From: the human T2T-CHM13v2.0 reference genome, Homo sapiens
DNA length: 64,000 nt
Direction: 5' to 3' (one strand)
Assembly (NCBI RefSeq): GCF_009914755.1
Contig: NC_060934.1
The first letter of the stretch is position 1, and the number at the start of each line of letters is the position of its first letter. Both the position numbers and the translations under genes were made by a program. Shown here piece after piece: positions 29,740-41,734 of the stretch. Below the pieces are notes generated by a model. That model did no database searches and was not told the origin of the DNA. It worked only from the letters and a program-made list of their open reading frames with translations.

Positions 29740-30500
29740 TTATCAAAAGACATAACATGCATGAATCCTGATAACAATCCTTTATATTCCTGTATAGGTC
29801 CAAAATTGCTTTAAGAGATAGTAAAATTGAGGATTATGTGTTAGGGATATATATAATTAAGTTAAAGTATTTTGTAATATTTTCTGCAATCATGTTTTAC
29901 CATATACAATCCTATTACAATATTTGAACATGATATGTAAATTCATGACTTTGATATGGTACATAAAATTCATTATTACTTCCAAATCAAAATATTGCTT
30001 TAAGAATTTTTTTGACAATCCCAGTTGCTATTGTTTTAGGAGAATGAGGTTTCTCTAAAATGAAATTAATAAAAAGCTATCTAAAAACTATAATGATTCA
30101 AAAAATTGGCATTGCTGGGAATAGACTACAAATCATTTAAAAATCTTGATTGTAACAATACAATTATTTATTTGGTTAAAGTAAAAGCAAGAGATGAAAA
30201 TCTTATGAGATAAATATAAAATAATTTATATTTTGCTACTAGTACAAACACCACTAGCCCATTCAAAGAACAACCTTATAAATGCAAAAGTAAATTCAGT
30301 CATCTTTGATATTTTGCCATATTTCATTCTATTAAAACTATAATTTAAAAGGTAGTCTAGATTTGTCATAATGAAGATATATTTGCCACAGTAGGAGGAT
30401 AGAACAGATTTTTACTTAACAGTTTGTTAACTCGCTTTATAACATTTAAATATCTGTACTTTCACTCCAGGGCCCTCAGATGCTAGGTGCAGGCCTGTTT
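29740..30500 (+). mobile_element. Fossil hAT (Tip100-like) transposase 3' part and terminus
   Basis: 29979-30105 translates LPNQNIALRIFLTIPVAIVLGE*GFSKMKLIKSYLKTIMIQK, the hAT dimerisation motif. GC-rich terminus ccagggccc...gcaggcctg near 30470-30497. Confidence 0.7.
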
Positions 30501-30609
30501 CCAGCAATATCTTCATTCATTAACAGCAATTACTCATTGGCACCCATGACATGACAAGTAAATTGGAACTAATAAATATTTAAAGGTGATTAGGCCATAG
30601 AAGAGGCTT

Positions 30610-30960
30610 CTGTAATAGTCTTTAACTCAAAAAGCCAAAGAGGCCAGGCAGGTGTCATAAACAAGTGGAGCCAGTGAGGAGGAAGATATTAGGGAGTGGT
30701 GGTGACTATGATGAACAGGGCAGAGTTTGTGTTGCATCAAATAGGGACACCTATTGCTCAGGCTCAGACCATTGTTGCCACACGGGAATGTGGGGCAAGT
30801 CTTGCCAAAGCTTATGCTTTAAAAACAAAAAAATCTAGAAATATGGATATTTTTGTATAAAATCTCTCAGTTTGAAATAAAAATGTAAAACTATGTAGAA
30901 TGAACTAAATGTGTCTGTAGGCTAGATTTAGCCAATAAACTAACACTTTGCCATCTCTAC
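30610..30960 (+). mobile_element. MER102-like hAT-Charlie element
   Basis: aactcaaa...gaggccaggcaggt start and tttgccatctct end. Confidence 0.55.
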
Positions 30961-31609
30961 TATGGATTAAGGTAACAAGAATATGAACTAACACTTGCCT
31001 TGTACTCTTTTTCCATTTCTCATTTGTTCTCACTGAGTATTTGTTATTGTGTTCTGCTCTTCCCTTTCTCCTTCCTCCTTCCCCTCATCCTCTGCCCTTC
31101 TCTGACTCTGTTTCTTCCTCTCTTCTCCTCTTCTCTCTCCTTCCCCAATTTGGCTTTCTCTGTTCATTGTGAAATATGGCAGCCACATACATTGTCATTT
31201 CAGTCCCAATTAGAAAGTAACTAGCTAAGGAGAGAGAAGTCTCCATGCACCATGCGTGTGAAAAGGAAGAGGAGTTCCTAGATAACGTGGTTTGAGCATC
31301 AAAGGTTTCCCCCACAGGATGGTGGCAAATTGACTGATCTAAGATTAAATTGCCTTAAGGAGGCATATTTGGAAAAAAAAAATCAAAGTAACTTTTTGTA
31401 CCCAAATGACCAAATATATTCTATTTCTCAAGTTTACTATTTTTTACACAAAGTTGCCAAACTTCTCAACCTCCACATGCTCATATTGGAATAACAAAAG
31501 CCAACTTGGGATATTAACAATTATTTTTATTTATATGTGTATGTACTACACAGCATGTAATATAATTGTTGCATACTCTCAGAGCTTATGTTACATATCT
31601 GAGAAGACT

Positions 31610-31902
31610 TATTTTATTTTTATTTTTTGAGACAGGGTCTTGCTCTATCACCCAGGCTGGAATGCAGTGGAGTGGCACTGTCATAGCTCACTGCAGCCTC
31701 CTAGGCTCAAGCCTGGGCAAGTGATCCCCTTGTTTCAACCTCGTGAGTAGCTAGCACTATGATTACATGCCACCATGTCCAGCTATTTAATTTTTTTTTT
31801 TTTTTTGTAGAGGTAGTATCTTGCTGGTCTCAGTCTGGCTTCCATCCTCCCACCTAGGCCTCCCAAAGTGTTGGGATTGCAAGTGTGAGCAACTGCACCC
31901 AG
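31610..31902 (-). mobile_element. AluJ
   Basis: Diverged reverse dimer (tcatagctcactgcagcctc). Confidence 0.9.
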
Positions 31903-32846
31903 ACAGAGAAGATTTATTCTGTGTGTTTATGCCTGGCAGAGCTGAGTACATTTAGAGCTAGATTCTGTGTATTAACGCAGCTACTCCCACACAAAGGCAA
32001 AGGAATAGAAAGCAACTGGGGCAAGAAGAAAAAGGTGCTAAGAAAATCATCACACAAAACCTAGCAAGAGAATTAGTAAACTAAATACCACTGGTCCTAC
32101 AGTCTAGCCACAAAAGACTAAATAGGATAGGCAAATTGCATTTTGCTTGATGTTCCAACAATTGACTTTTTCAAATCTATCTCCCCAATTCTTTCTCTGA
32201 AATCTTCATTTCCACTGTTTGTAGTAGCTTCATTTCTCTCCCCTAAGCAGCTTTTCATAGATCAGATATTTAAAATGTCAAATAATATTTAAAACAGCAA
32301 ACATTTAAACATAAAATATACAATCTGTAGAATGACATCAGGAATTACAGTGTCTTGAATCACAATCCCGGAATGACTGGTCCTGCTTTAAGCAAAAAGT
32401 ATATGGAATCAGAAAGTAGAGGTATCATTGTCTCCCTCATCTTTTCCAGTTAACCATTTTACAGTCTCCCTCATCCCCTTCAGTAAATCAGGAGATTCTA
32501 CCACATATCTGTCTGGCATAAATCTATCTTGCTATAAATTTACATCATTTATTTTATTCAGCTTTAATTGTAGGTAGAATATGGCTTATCATCATTCTAC
32601 AACACATTTTTGGTAGGTGAATGCTATGAATTAAATACTCAGTGAATTTTAGAGCTGTAAAGTCCTTAGACAGCAAATCCTCCACATTTTATAGATGAGG
32701 AGCCTAAGGTCCAAACGTATCAATTGACTTACCTAGGATCAAAAAGCTAGTAACTGGTGGAGACTGGGCTTAGATTCAGACCTCATTAGCTTTAATACCT
32801 TCCTACTATTTCGTACTAATTTTTTTAGCAAGGTGAATAAACCCCT

Positions 32847-33325
32847 GTGATGCTTAACTTTATGTGTCAACTTGACTGGGCCACTGGATGCCCAGATATT
32901 TGGTCACAAATTGTTCTGGATGATTTTACGAAGATGTTTTTGGATGAGATTAACGTTTATATTGGTAGATTTTAACATTAATTTAGATTAACATTTTAAT
33001 CAGTAGAGTAAGCAGATTACTATTATATAATGTGGTTGGCCTCATCCAGTTGAAGGCCTGAATACAACAAAAACTCAGATCCTCCCCCAAGTAAGAAAGG
33101 TTTTCCCCACAGACTGCCCTCAGACAACTGCAAACATCAGCTCTTTTTGCCTGATGGCCTTCAAATTGGAATATCAGTTATCTGTGTGTGTCCCATACCA
33201 ATGGCCCACTCTGCAGATGTTGAACATAACAGCCTTCATAATTGTGTACAGCAATACCTTATCATTAATCTCATTATGTGTGTGTGTGCATGTGTGTTGT
33301 TTTTCTGGAGAATCCTGACTAATCT
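32847..33325 (+). mobile_element. MLT2 (B/C/D-like) solo LTR
   Basis: Starts tgtgatgcttaactttatgtgtcaacttgactgggcc, ends tctggagaatcctgactaat. Confidence 0.8.
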
Positions 33326-33454
33326 AATCCTCTTCCCCCAAATGTTTCAGAATGGATTAATTTCCCTACACAATACTCAACTTCATGCCTCTTTTATCTT
33401 TTTACATTTTCTAAATTTCTCATATTACAAAGTTTCAAATTAGGCAGAAGTATC

Positions 33455-34077
33455 TTGTGTCAGACTGAACCTTGTATGCTAACTTGGATCGACTTGACTC
33501 CCCCTGCTTTCAGGGCAACATCTGCCTTCCGGACCACACAATTACTGCTGCTATCACTAAGGTCTTTGAGATGGAAGGTGTGAGTTAAATTCTTGGGCCT
33601 CCATGGCCCTTATGTTCCTCATGCCAGATGACCCCTGTGCCTCAGGATGCAAATGCCTAAGTGGCTTCCTAAGCTGTCAAGGGGTCTGATGGTACAATGC
33701 AAAGTGTGGGGGAGTTCGATACCTGCAGAGTGAAGCTTGAGCAGTAGAAAGTAGGGAACAGGAGCAAGCCATGGACACCTCTGCCCTCCTTTCCCATTTC
33801 CATGGGCTACATTTAGGTGCATGTCCTCCAAGCCCTACTGGAGAAATCCTTCATGCTAAGTGAACATGCCTGCTGAACGACAAGCCATTTCTTTTCATGG
33901 TTCATTGGGACACAGTAGCCAGCATGGAAACATCATATCACATAGCTTCACATCTTTCTATGACTTACTTCCTTCTTCCTTACCCTAGCTACCCCAGGCT
34001 TATACCTCCTAAATAAAGTTTCAGCACTTTAATCCTTGCCTTAGTCTCTGCTTTCTAATGGATCAAGAAAAAGATAC
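33455..34077 (+). mobile_element. LTR16-like ERVL solo LTR
   Basis: 3' part aaataaagtttcagcactttaatccttgccttagtctctgctttct. Confidence 0.55.
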
Positions 34078-34620
34078 TTTTCCTAAGTTAGGATTGATGA
34101 TTGTTCAATAACAGATTGGTTTGGGAGGCAAGGAATGGCTAAATTTATCTAACAATTGGCTATTTTAAAAATCAAAAGAGAAATTGTATATTTTATGATA
34201 GCCAGATGACATCATCTGGTATTTTATTGACATCATTTAGTATTTTATTGCTAAGATACTAAGGGAATAGAGCATACTAATTATATAAAATTCCTGACTT
34301 GCCTGTAATTGAAATTTTTTACTCCAAAACAAATTGAAAACCTTTTTAATTTATGAGTCCAGGTTTATGAATTTATACGGAGAACACACTGCATATTAAC
34401 TCTTTAGTATCTAAAAATTTTTCAGTGTTTTGAGCAACATTTCCAATATGAATTATGATAGTGTAATACCAAACACAAAGATGTTATGGGACATTGAGTG
34501 GTGATCATTGTGGGAGTGCTTGAGATTCCTTTAACCAAACAAATCTCTGCTCTGCTTCCTCTCTCAAAGTGACAAGTTGAGGATTATAGTCTGATAAGCC
34601 CAAGCTAACTAAAGTTTTCC

Positions 34621-34992
34621 TGTTACGGAGTGAATGAATGTTTATGTTCCTCCAAAATGTATATGTTAAATCCCTAATCACCAATGTGATGGCATTTGGA
34701 GGCAGATCCTTTGTAAGTAATTAGGTTTAGATGAAGTCTTGAGGGTGTGTCCTCATGATAAAGGTAGTGGTCCTATAAGAAGAGACCAGAATGCTAGCTC
34801 TCTCTTTCCACCATCTGAGGACACAGCAAGAAATCAGTTACTTGCAAGCTGGGAAAAGGGCTTTTACCAGAAATGAATCAACCAGTATCTTTATCTTGGA
34901 CTTCCCAGCCTCCAGAACTGTGAGAAATAAATGTCTGAGTTTAAGTCACCCAGTGTATGATATTTGTTATAGCAAACCTCACAGGCTAGTAT
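34621..34992 (+). mobile_element. MaLR solo LTR (MLT1A/MST-like)
   Basis: tgttacgg...gacttcccagcctccagaactgtgagaaataaat...ttgttatagca. Confidence 0.8.
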
Positions 34993-37184
34993 ATTAATAT
35001 TCATAACTTACCTAGATTGAACCTTGATGCTTGTTTCTCATTAAACCAGTCTTTGCAAAACAGTCAGTGGACAGAGTGGGAATGAGAAAGGCAGATGATT
35101 GATGAAGAGTTAAGAGTAAAGTTGAAATGCAATAATTCTGTCTGAAATCTTCTCTAAATACAAACCACTAAAGAAATAAACTTTCTTTAAAACTCATAAT
35201 TGCCGATGTTGACCTTGGCCTCTCCAAATACCTTAGGACGTCAGAGCTGAAGGCTCTGGACTGAATCCCATGGAAACAGCACTTAACAGCTTCATCCAAA
35301 GTCACAGGGCATACTCTGGTCAGCAAAAGGAACAAAAATATCATCTGCAGTTTCTTAATTATATTTGCCCCAAGAGTTAATTTAAATTTGTTTAGTTTAT
35401 TATGCAGAGGGAACAAACATTATCGAAAAATCCCAGCTTTTCATAAAGCCAGGGATCATAGAAGTCAAACCACAGATTCAGCCACTTACATCACCAGCAA
35501 TAGAGATTCTATAATTAGAGATTAGCCAGCTGCAATCATTTCTGCTGCTTTAGACAGCTGGATCAAGCTGATTTCACTGAGTTGTGTCAAGCTAAAATGT
35601 CTCCTTTTTTTCCTGTTTAAAAGAAATCAGCAAAACAGTGTGACTCAGACACCCAGAGAACCTCTTTCTCCCACCCGAACCTCTAACAAAATGTTTTTTG
35701 TACCTATACATTTATTTCTAGTCTCATACCTTTCTTGGATAAAAAAAAGAACGCTTCCATTACCATGTCACTGCTGGTGAGATGCCTAGAAAATCTTTTA
35801 TCTTAACTTCAAATTGATGGCATTAGGAATAGTTTCTCTGAACTAAGTCCTATATTCAATCCCACCTAAAAAGAACCACTCCGTTTATTTTCTCACTCCC
35901 AACAGATGGTTGAGAAACCTTAAGATTAACAAGTATGGCAAGAGCAGTAACAATGATGACATAAATACTTTTATTATTAATGGAAAAGTAAGCATTCTGG
36001 GCCAGATTTTCTTTCCTCTTAATTGTAGCTCATTGGGAATTCCCATGTAGCCTGAACTCTGTGCCTCAAAATCCTTCCTTCCATTAACAACTGGAGCTGT
36101 TGGTACTGTTTTGGCCATTGTTCTCACCATTGTTCTGTCCTTGTTGTGAGATGGGAAGCCAGCTTTACATTTTAAATTGGATGACAAGGCTAAGAAAGTA
36201 GCAGTAAATTATTACTCAATACTGTTGTTTTTTTCCAAGATGGCATTAAAACACTAGAAAGCTGACACAATTTGACAATTTCCCTATTTCAAAATTATTA
36301 GAACCAAGGTTTATAGGAATATCCAACTCTGCTCTAAGGGAATCCAGGGTATTTGCTAGAAATATATTCTCTCACTTCATATTACACTGTTAACTAATTA
36401 TTAACCTGCTCTACCAAAAATTGGGCAAAAGGTAGAGAAATACACTTTGACCCCAGAGATATCACGGGAAAAAGAATTATTCTAACCTGATTTATTTAAA
36501 TAGTTAACACCAAAAATAAACATGTGATCTTTGAGGACCACGCAGTTGACATGGGTTGGCCTATTTTTTTATGATTCCTTCATGCAAGAGCAAACGTTCT
36601 AATTTTCTAGTCAGTGTGACTTTATGCTTCCTCTTCCACAAATTAAATATCTCACTTTGGCTGCCAGTATTACATATATTTCCTAATTTATATGACAGTG
36701 AATTGAATATTAGAGTTGGAGGCATGTTCATCATCGTATAGATTAGTGCTTCTCAAACTTTGTCAAAGTCAGGAGTTCCTTTAATTAATTTTCTCCATGA
36801 CGTTTTCATTTTGCAAGACTTTGTCAATCCAACAAGATATCTTTATTAAATAATCTACTTTTAAAATTTTTAATTAATGAAAGACACATCTATTGGCACT
36901 CAAGGCAGGAGAAAAAGTCAGCTCTATTTAAATGATGTGGACTAAGAATGGGAGAAGGGGAATTTTCCAAGTTGCTGGGCTGACATATACACATCCACGA
37001 CAAATCCCAGACTAAATTTCCTCATTTCTTACAAAATCTTTTTTTTTTTGCCCTGCTCTGGCTTTACCCATTATTCCTTCTTTCTTCTCCAAGCATGCTT
37101 TCTCTGGCCTTTGCATATGTTTTCCTCCTAGTTGAGAAGAAACGTTCCTCATTCATTGCATACACAAGTTATTCAAGTGCCACT

Positions 37185-37189
<5 letters not shown>

Positions 37190-37227
<38 letters not shown>
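37190..37227 (+). repeat. (TG)19 microsatellite
   Basis: Perfect dinucleotide run. Confidence 0.97.
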
Positions 37228-37228
<1 letters not shown>

Positions 37229-37259
37229 TCTCCCATGACTCCCACATCCACCACGACCA

Positions 37260-37950
37260 CCAGTCAGAATTAACTTCTTCCTTATCTTTGCTCCCTCTGT
37301 AAGTTGTTTGTACTGTGGTCATGAGATTGTGCTTACACATCTGTTTCCCATACCAGACAGTGTGCTCCTTGAGATCAATTTCTACGTCTTACTTACATTC
37401 TATTCCTAGGGCTTTGCACAGTACCTAACACACAATAGGATACTCACTAATATTTTACTTAATGAGTAAATTAATGAATGAGTGAAAGTATAACTATGTA
37501 AATCTAGTGCTATTACTCACAAAGATAAATTTTTCACAAGATTCTAAGCCAGCATGGATTTGGCAAGGTGTAAAAGATGAGCAAAGTACCGCAACATGTA
37601 AATATCTTCCCTGAAATCAAACAGATATTGGATTTGATGCTTCTGTCGTTTAAGACTGTACTGATATTTGTTTTCCATGCTCTACCCACCATTTTTTCCA
37701 CTTAACAAAATCTTTTTCTTCTTAGTCAACAATGGTAATAGGTCATATTTTGCTTTTCATGTACATTATTCCATTTGATACTCACACCAACCCTGCAAAG
37801 TAGGTATTGTTATTGATTTCACTTTCTAGGTCTAGAAACTAAGGCTCACAGAAGTTAAACTTTGCACAAAGTCACAGAGTTAGTAGATGTAGTATGGAGT
37901 CTGACCTCACATCTGCTGTCTCCACAGACCACAACACATACTCCATGCAC
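37260..37950. mobile_element. L2 3' end and MIR
   Basis: L2 tail gcacagtacctaacacacaatagg...aatgaatgagtgaa; MIR core ctcacaccaaccctgcaaagtagg...aaactaaggctcacagaagttaa. Confidence 0.7.
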
Positions 37951-38647
37951 CAACTCCTTCATTATTATTGCCTTAAGATCATAGGACTGTGTAAGGTGAG
38001 AGGACACAGTGTAAGAGCTGGACCATAGTAACTCATATACTCAGATGTTAAATGCATACCACCAGGCTTGATTTTTATAGGATGACTTCCATAAACAAAC
38101 AAAATGCATAAATAGTATAAATTTAATTATGTGGAGGAAAATACAAATACACACAAATACACACTGAGATTAAAATATACCAAAAGGTTAAATATAGTAC
38201 AGCAATAGATAATGTTAGTTTTAACTTTCTTCTTACAATTTTATATATTTGCTATGTTTTTGCAATAAATATGTCTATATACTCAGTATAGTATGTTATT
38301 TGAATAAAAAATAAGATAGAAAATTAGATAAATGGTTAGCTCTATGTAATAGTTTAGAAGCAAACTCAGTGTCTAAGAATTTAGCACTCAAGCTCGCCTG
38401 CTTATGGACTTTCTATTTAGAAATCTAGATAAAGAAAAAGAACTCTTATCTTTGCCTACCACCAACAGATGGTAATACCTTTACTGGTCCCTTCGGACTT
38501 GAGAACAAATGGACTTACACACTATCTTCAGGACGAATCTATTTGTAAGTAGAGGAGTCTCCACACATAGTAAAAGAAGTGCTGCAAATATATGGGAAGT
38601 TCTTTTTAAAGAGTACTGATTTTTATGAACAAAAATATTAATCACAG

Positions 38648-38694
38648 CATTAAAAGTAATGGCAAAAACCGAAATTACTGTTGCTCCAACCTAA
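38648..38694. mobile_element. Half MADE1 (Hsmar1-derived MITE) within an old L1M fragment
   Basis: cattaaaagtaatggcaaaaaccgaaattactgttgctccaacctaa followed by TA. Confidence 0.8.
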
Positions 38695-39959
38695 TAGCAA
38701 AAATTTGTAATTCACCTAAAAAATAAGGTAATAATGAAATAGAAATCAATATTATGTATACTCCATCTATTATGAATTATTTTATAGCCATCAATTATAT
38801 TTTCAATGAATTCTAATGACTTTGGGAAATTATCTCGCTCTCACATCATTTTGAAAAGCTAGGATGCAGAATTATATATATATGCAGAACCTCAACTATA
38901 TAAATGTATATAGAAAAGAAACTCACAGCTAACAGGATTTCTGTATAGGAGAGTTATGGAGTAAATTTTAATTTATATCACTATTTCCTTTACATTCTAT
39001 GATTTTTTCAATGAGTATTTATTAGAAGGAAAAATAAAAATCTTTCTTTCTCCTTTTCTCTGTCACCCCCAACCCCACATGTAAACATACAGTCCTGAAG
39101 AGAGAAATACAAGGTTTGAATCAAAATAGACTTAAAATAGGAATGAACAACATGCTGATAATCAATCAACCCTAGAGTGAGTCAAATTAAATTATTCTGC
39201 TATAAACATTCAAAACCTAACCTTGGTATTTACCTGCACAAAGGAGTCAGAGCCCAGAGCTTGGGGCTAGATGGCAGATAAAAATCGTCATCACCCCAGG
39301 CCAATAGAATTGCTTACCCATCTCATATATATTCTTGTCTTTTTTTTTTCTCACAAATAACTGCTCTTATTAAGGTGCAGATTTCTCCAAACAGCAATAT
39401 TTGGAGCTCCTGTACAGAAAGAAAAAAAAAAGACAGTGAAAAATTTATCTTGAAATTCATGGTAAAAGGAGGATTGGAACCGATGAATCACAATTATTTA
39501 TGGTTCCTACTTTACCAAGCACTTTGTACCTACATTGGCTGACAACAACAATGTGAGATATGTAGGACACACAGTATTTACTTTTACTTCACAAATGCCC
39601 TTAGTTTTTCTGAGCACTCACACCGCTTCTAAGTGGCAGGGCCTGACTTGAAATCTAGTGTCTGAATCCAATCCCATTCACCTTTCACTAAAGTTACTCC
39701 TCAAAAACAGACTTAGAGCCTCCAACTAGAAATATATTTATCTTATTCATCTTTAAAAAAGACACTGTATCATGTACAACATCTCCAGGAGTCTTAAAAA
39801 ATTATAACAGTGTTATGGGTTTGCTTCTAATACTGAGCACCAATGTAGAATGTTGATACTATGATGAAGCACAATTTTGGGAAAGCAGATGTATAGGAGA
39901 GTGAATGGGCTGCATATCCATTAGGCAATTTTCTTCTTACCGAATGTCTCTGAGTCTTG

Positions 39960-40602
39960 AGTTACATTAAGCTCAGGAGTCATGCTTCCTGCCTTAAGGA
40001 ACACTTTAAGTTGTGAATGACAGAGACCCAATTTAAGCTAGCCTGGGCTAAAAGGAATTAATAGGCTTATTATCAAATTACTGAAGGAGAGACATGCAGT
40101 TGGGCCACAAAAACAACTAGAACCAAGGCCCTGACCACAGCCAGGAATCTCTCCTTCTCTCTCTGTGTTATTTCTGCTTCTCTTGGAATTTTAGCTTCAT
40201 TCTCCCAGACTGGCTTCTTGTGCCTTGCTCGAGTCCTCACCACTGGCAACTCTAAAATGACGTCTTCAACTTCCCCTGTGCCCTCTTCCTTTTTGTCTCA
40301 ATTTGAAAAATCTTCAAGAGGGACTCTGATTGGCTCAGTTTGAGTCAGGGCCACACTGTGGTCAGGGGAATCGGGCATTATACAATGAAATGCCCACAAG
40401 AAAAACTTGGCTGGAGTAAGGAATGTGTATTAGTCAGCTCAGGCTGACATAAAATACCACAGACTGGGTGGTTTGAACAGAAATTTCTCATGTTTTGAAG
40501 GCTAGCAGTCCCCAGTTCAGTGTCTGGGGAGGGTTCTCCTCCTGGCCTGCAGATGGTCACTTCCTTGCTGTGTCCTCACGTAGCCTTTCCTTGTTGCCTT
40601 TG

Positions 40603-40644
<42 letters not shown>

Positions 40645-40920
40645 GAGCAAGCTCTCTTGTACCTCTTATTAGAAGGACACTAATCCTATTAGATCAGGAG
40701 TGACCTTTATGACCTCAGCTAACCTTAATTACTTCCTTACAGCCCTCATCGCTGAATACAGCTACATTGGAGATTAAGGCTTCAACATATGAATTTGGTG
40801 GCTGGGGACATCAACAGTCAGTACATAACAGGGTGGGTCAGTGATTTTCTAAGGAAGACAACTGCTGCTACCAGAAAAGGGAAGCAGGGCTTGAATGACG
40901 AAGCAATAAATGGCCTAAGT
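39960..40920 (-). mobile_element. Old MLT1 (K/L-like) LTR interrupted by a younger MLT1A/B-like LTR (40426-40830) carrying (GA)n
   Basis: Inner element runs tgtattagtcagctcaggctg...cagtacataaca; outer element has gaatgacagagacccaatttaagctagc...tctgattggctc. Confidence 0.65.
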
Positions 40921-41087
40921 ACTTGCTGTCAAGCCCTGGACTATAGTCACTCAAAATTTCTTGTTAGATGTGGAAATGTAGATGTTAACAACTGACAGAG
41001 ATGCAGTGGGGCTAATATTCTCTTATGAAAGACATGGAGACTGACAAGAATGCATCACTCTTGCCTCTGAGCTGAAAGAAGACCTTT

Positions 41088-41106
41088 GCACCAGCAGGTG
41101 GCCCCT
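41088..41106 (+). promoter_or_regulatory. Candidate CTCF motif
   Basis: gcaCCAGCAGGTGGCccct matches the CCASYAGRKGGC core in apparently non-repeat sequence. Confidence 0.5.
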
Positions 41107-41454
41107 CAACAGGTTGTTTGGGTTCTTATTTAGTACACACATGAAAAAGTAAGTTGAGCCTCTGCTCCATACCACCAATTAATAGCGAAAATAGTTTTAT
41201 ACTGGAAAACCTGTAAAGCATCAGATGTCCACCAGTGCCATTAAAATTATAACTGTCAGGAAAGCCAGATAATATTTAAACTGTGCACTCTGATCTACCC
41301 TCCAAAATCGATCCATTGCAAAATATGATACGACGTAATTGGTTAAGTTAAAACTTGCCGTATACAAGTATTGGTTACAACACAATTAAATGTTAGGGCA
41401 AATCTCATTCTTCCGGAATAGTATCTTCGATATTAAAATGTTGTTTGCATGTGT

Positions 41455-41734
41455 GTGGCAGGGTCTTGCTCTGTCTCCAAGGCTGGAGGGCAGTGGCACA
41501 ATCATAGCTCACTGTAACCTCAAACTCCTGGGTATAAGAGATCTTCCTGCCCCAGCTCCCAAGTAGCGAGGCCTACAGGCATGGGCCACCACACCCAGCT
41601 AATTTTTAATTTTTTTGTGGAGACTGGGTCCCACTCTATTGCCCAGGCTGGTCTCAAACTCCTGGCCTCAAGCAATCCTCCCACCTCAGCCTCCCAAAGC
41701 ACTGGCATTATAGTATGAGCCACTGTGCCCAGCC
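41455..41734 (-). mobile_element. AluJ
   Basis: Reverse dimer with AluJ diagnostics (ctcctggcctcaagcaatcc); the tail has decayed. Confidence 0.9.
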
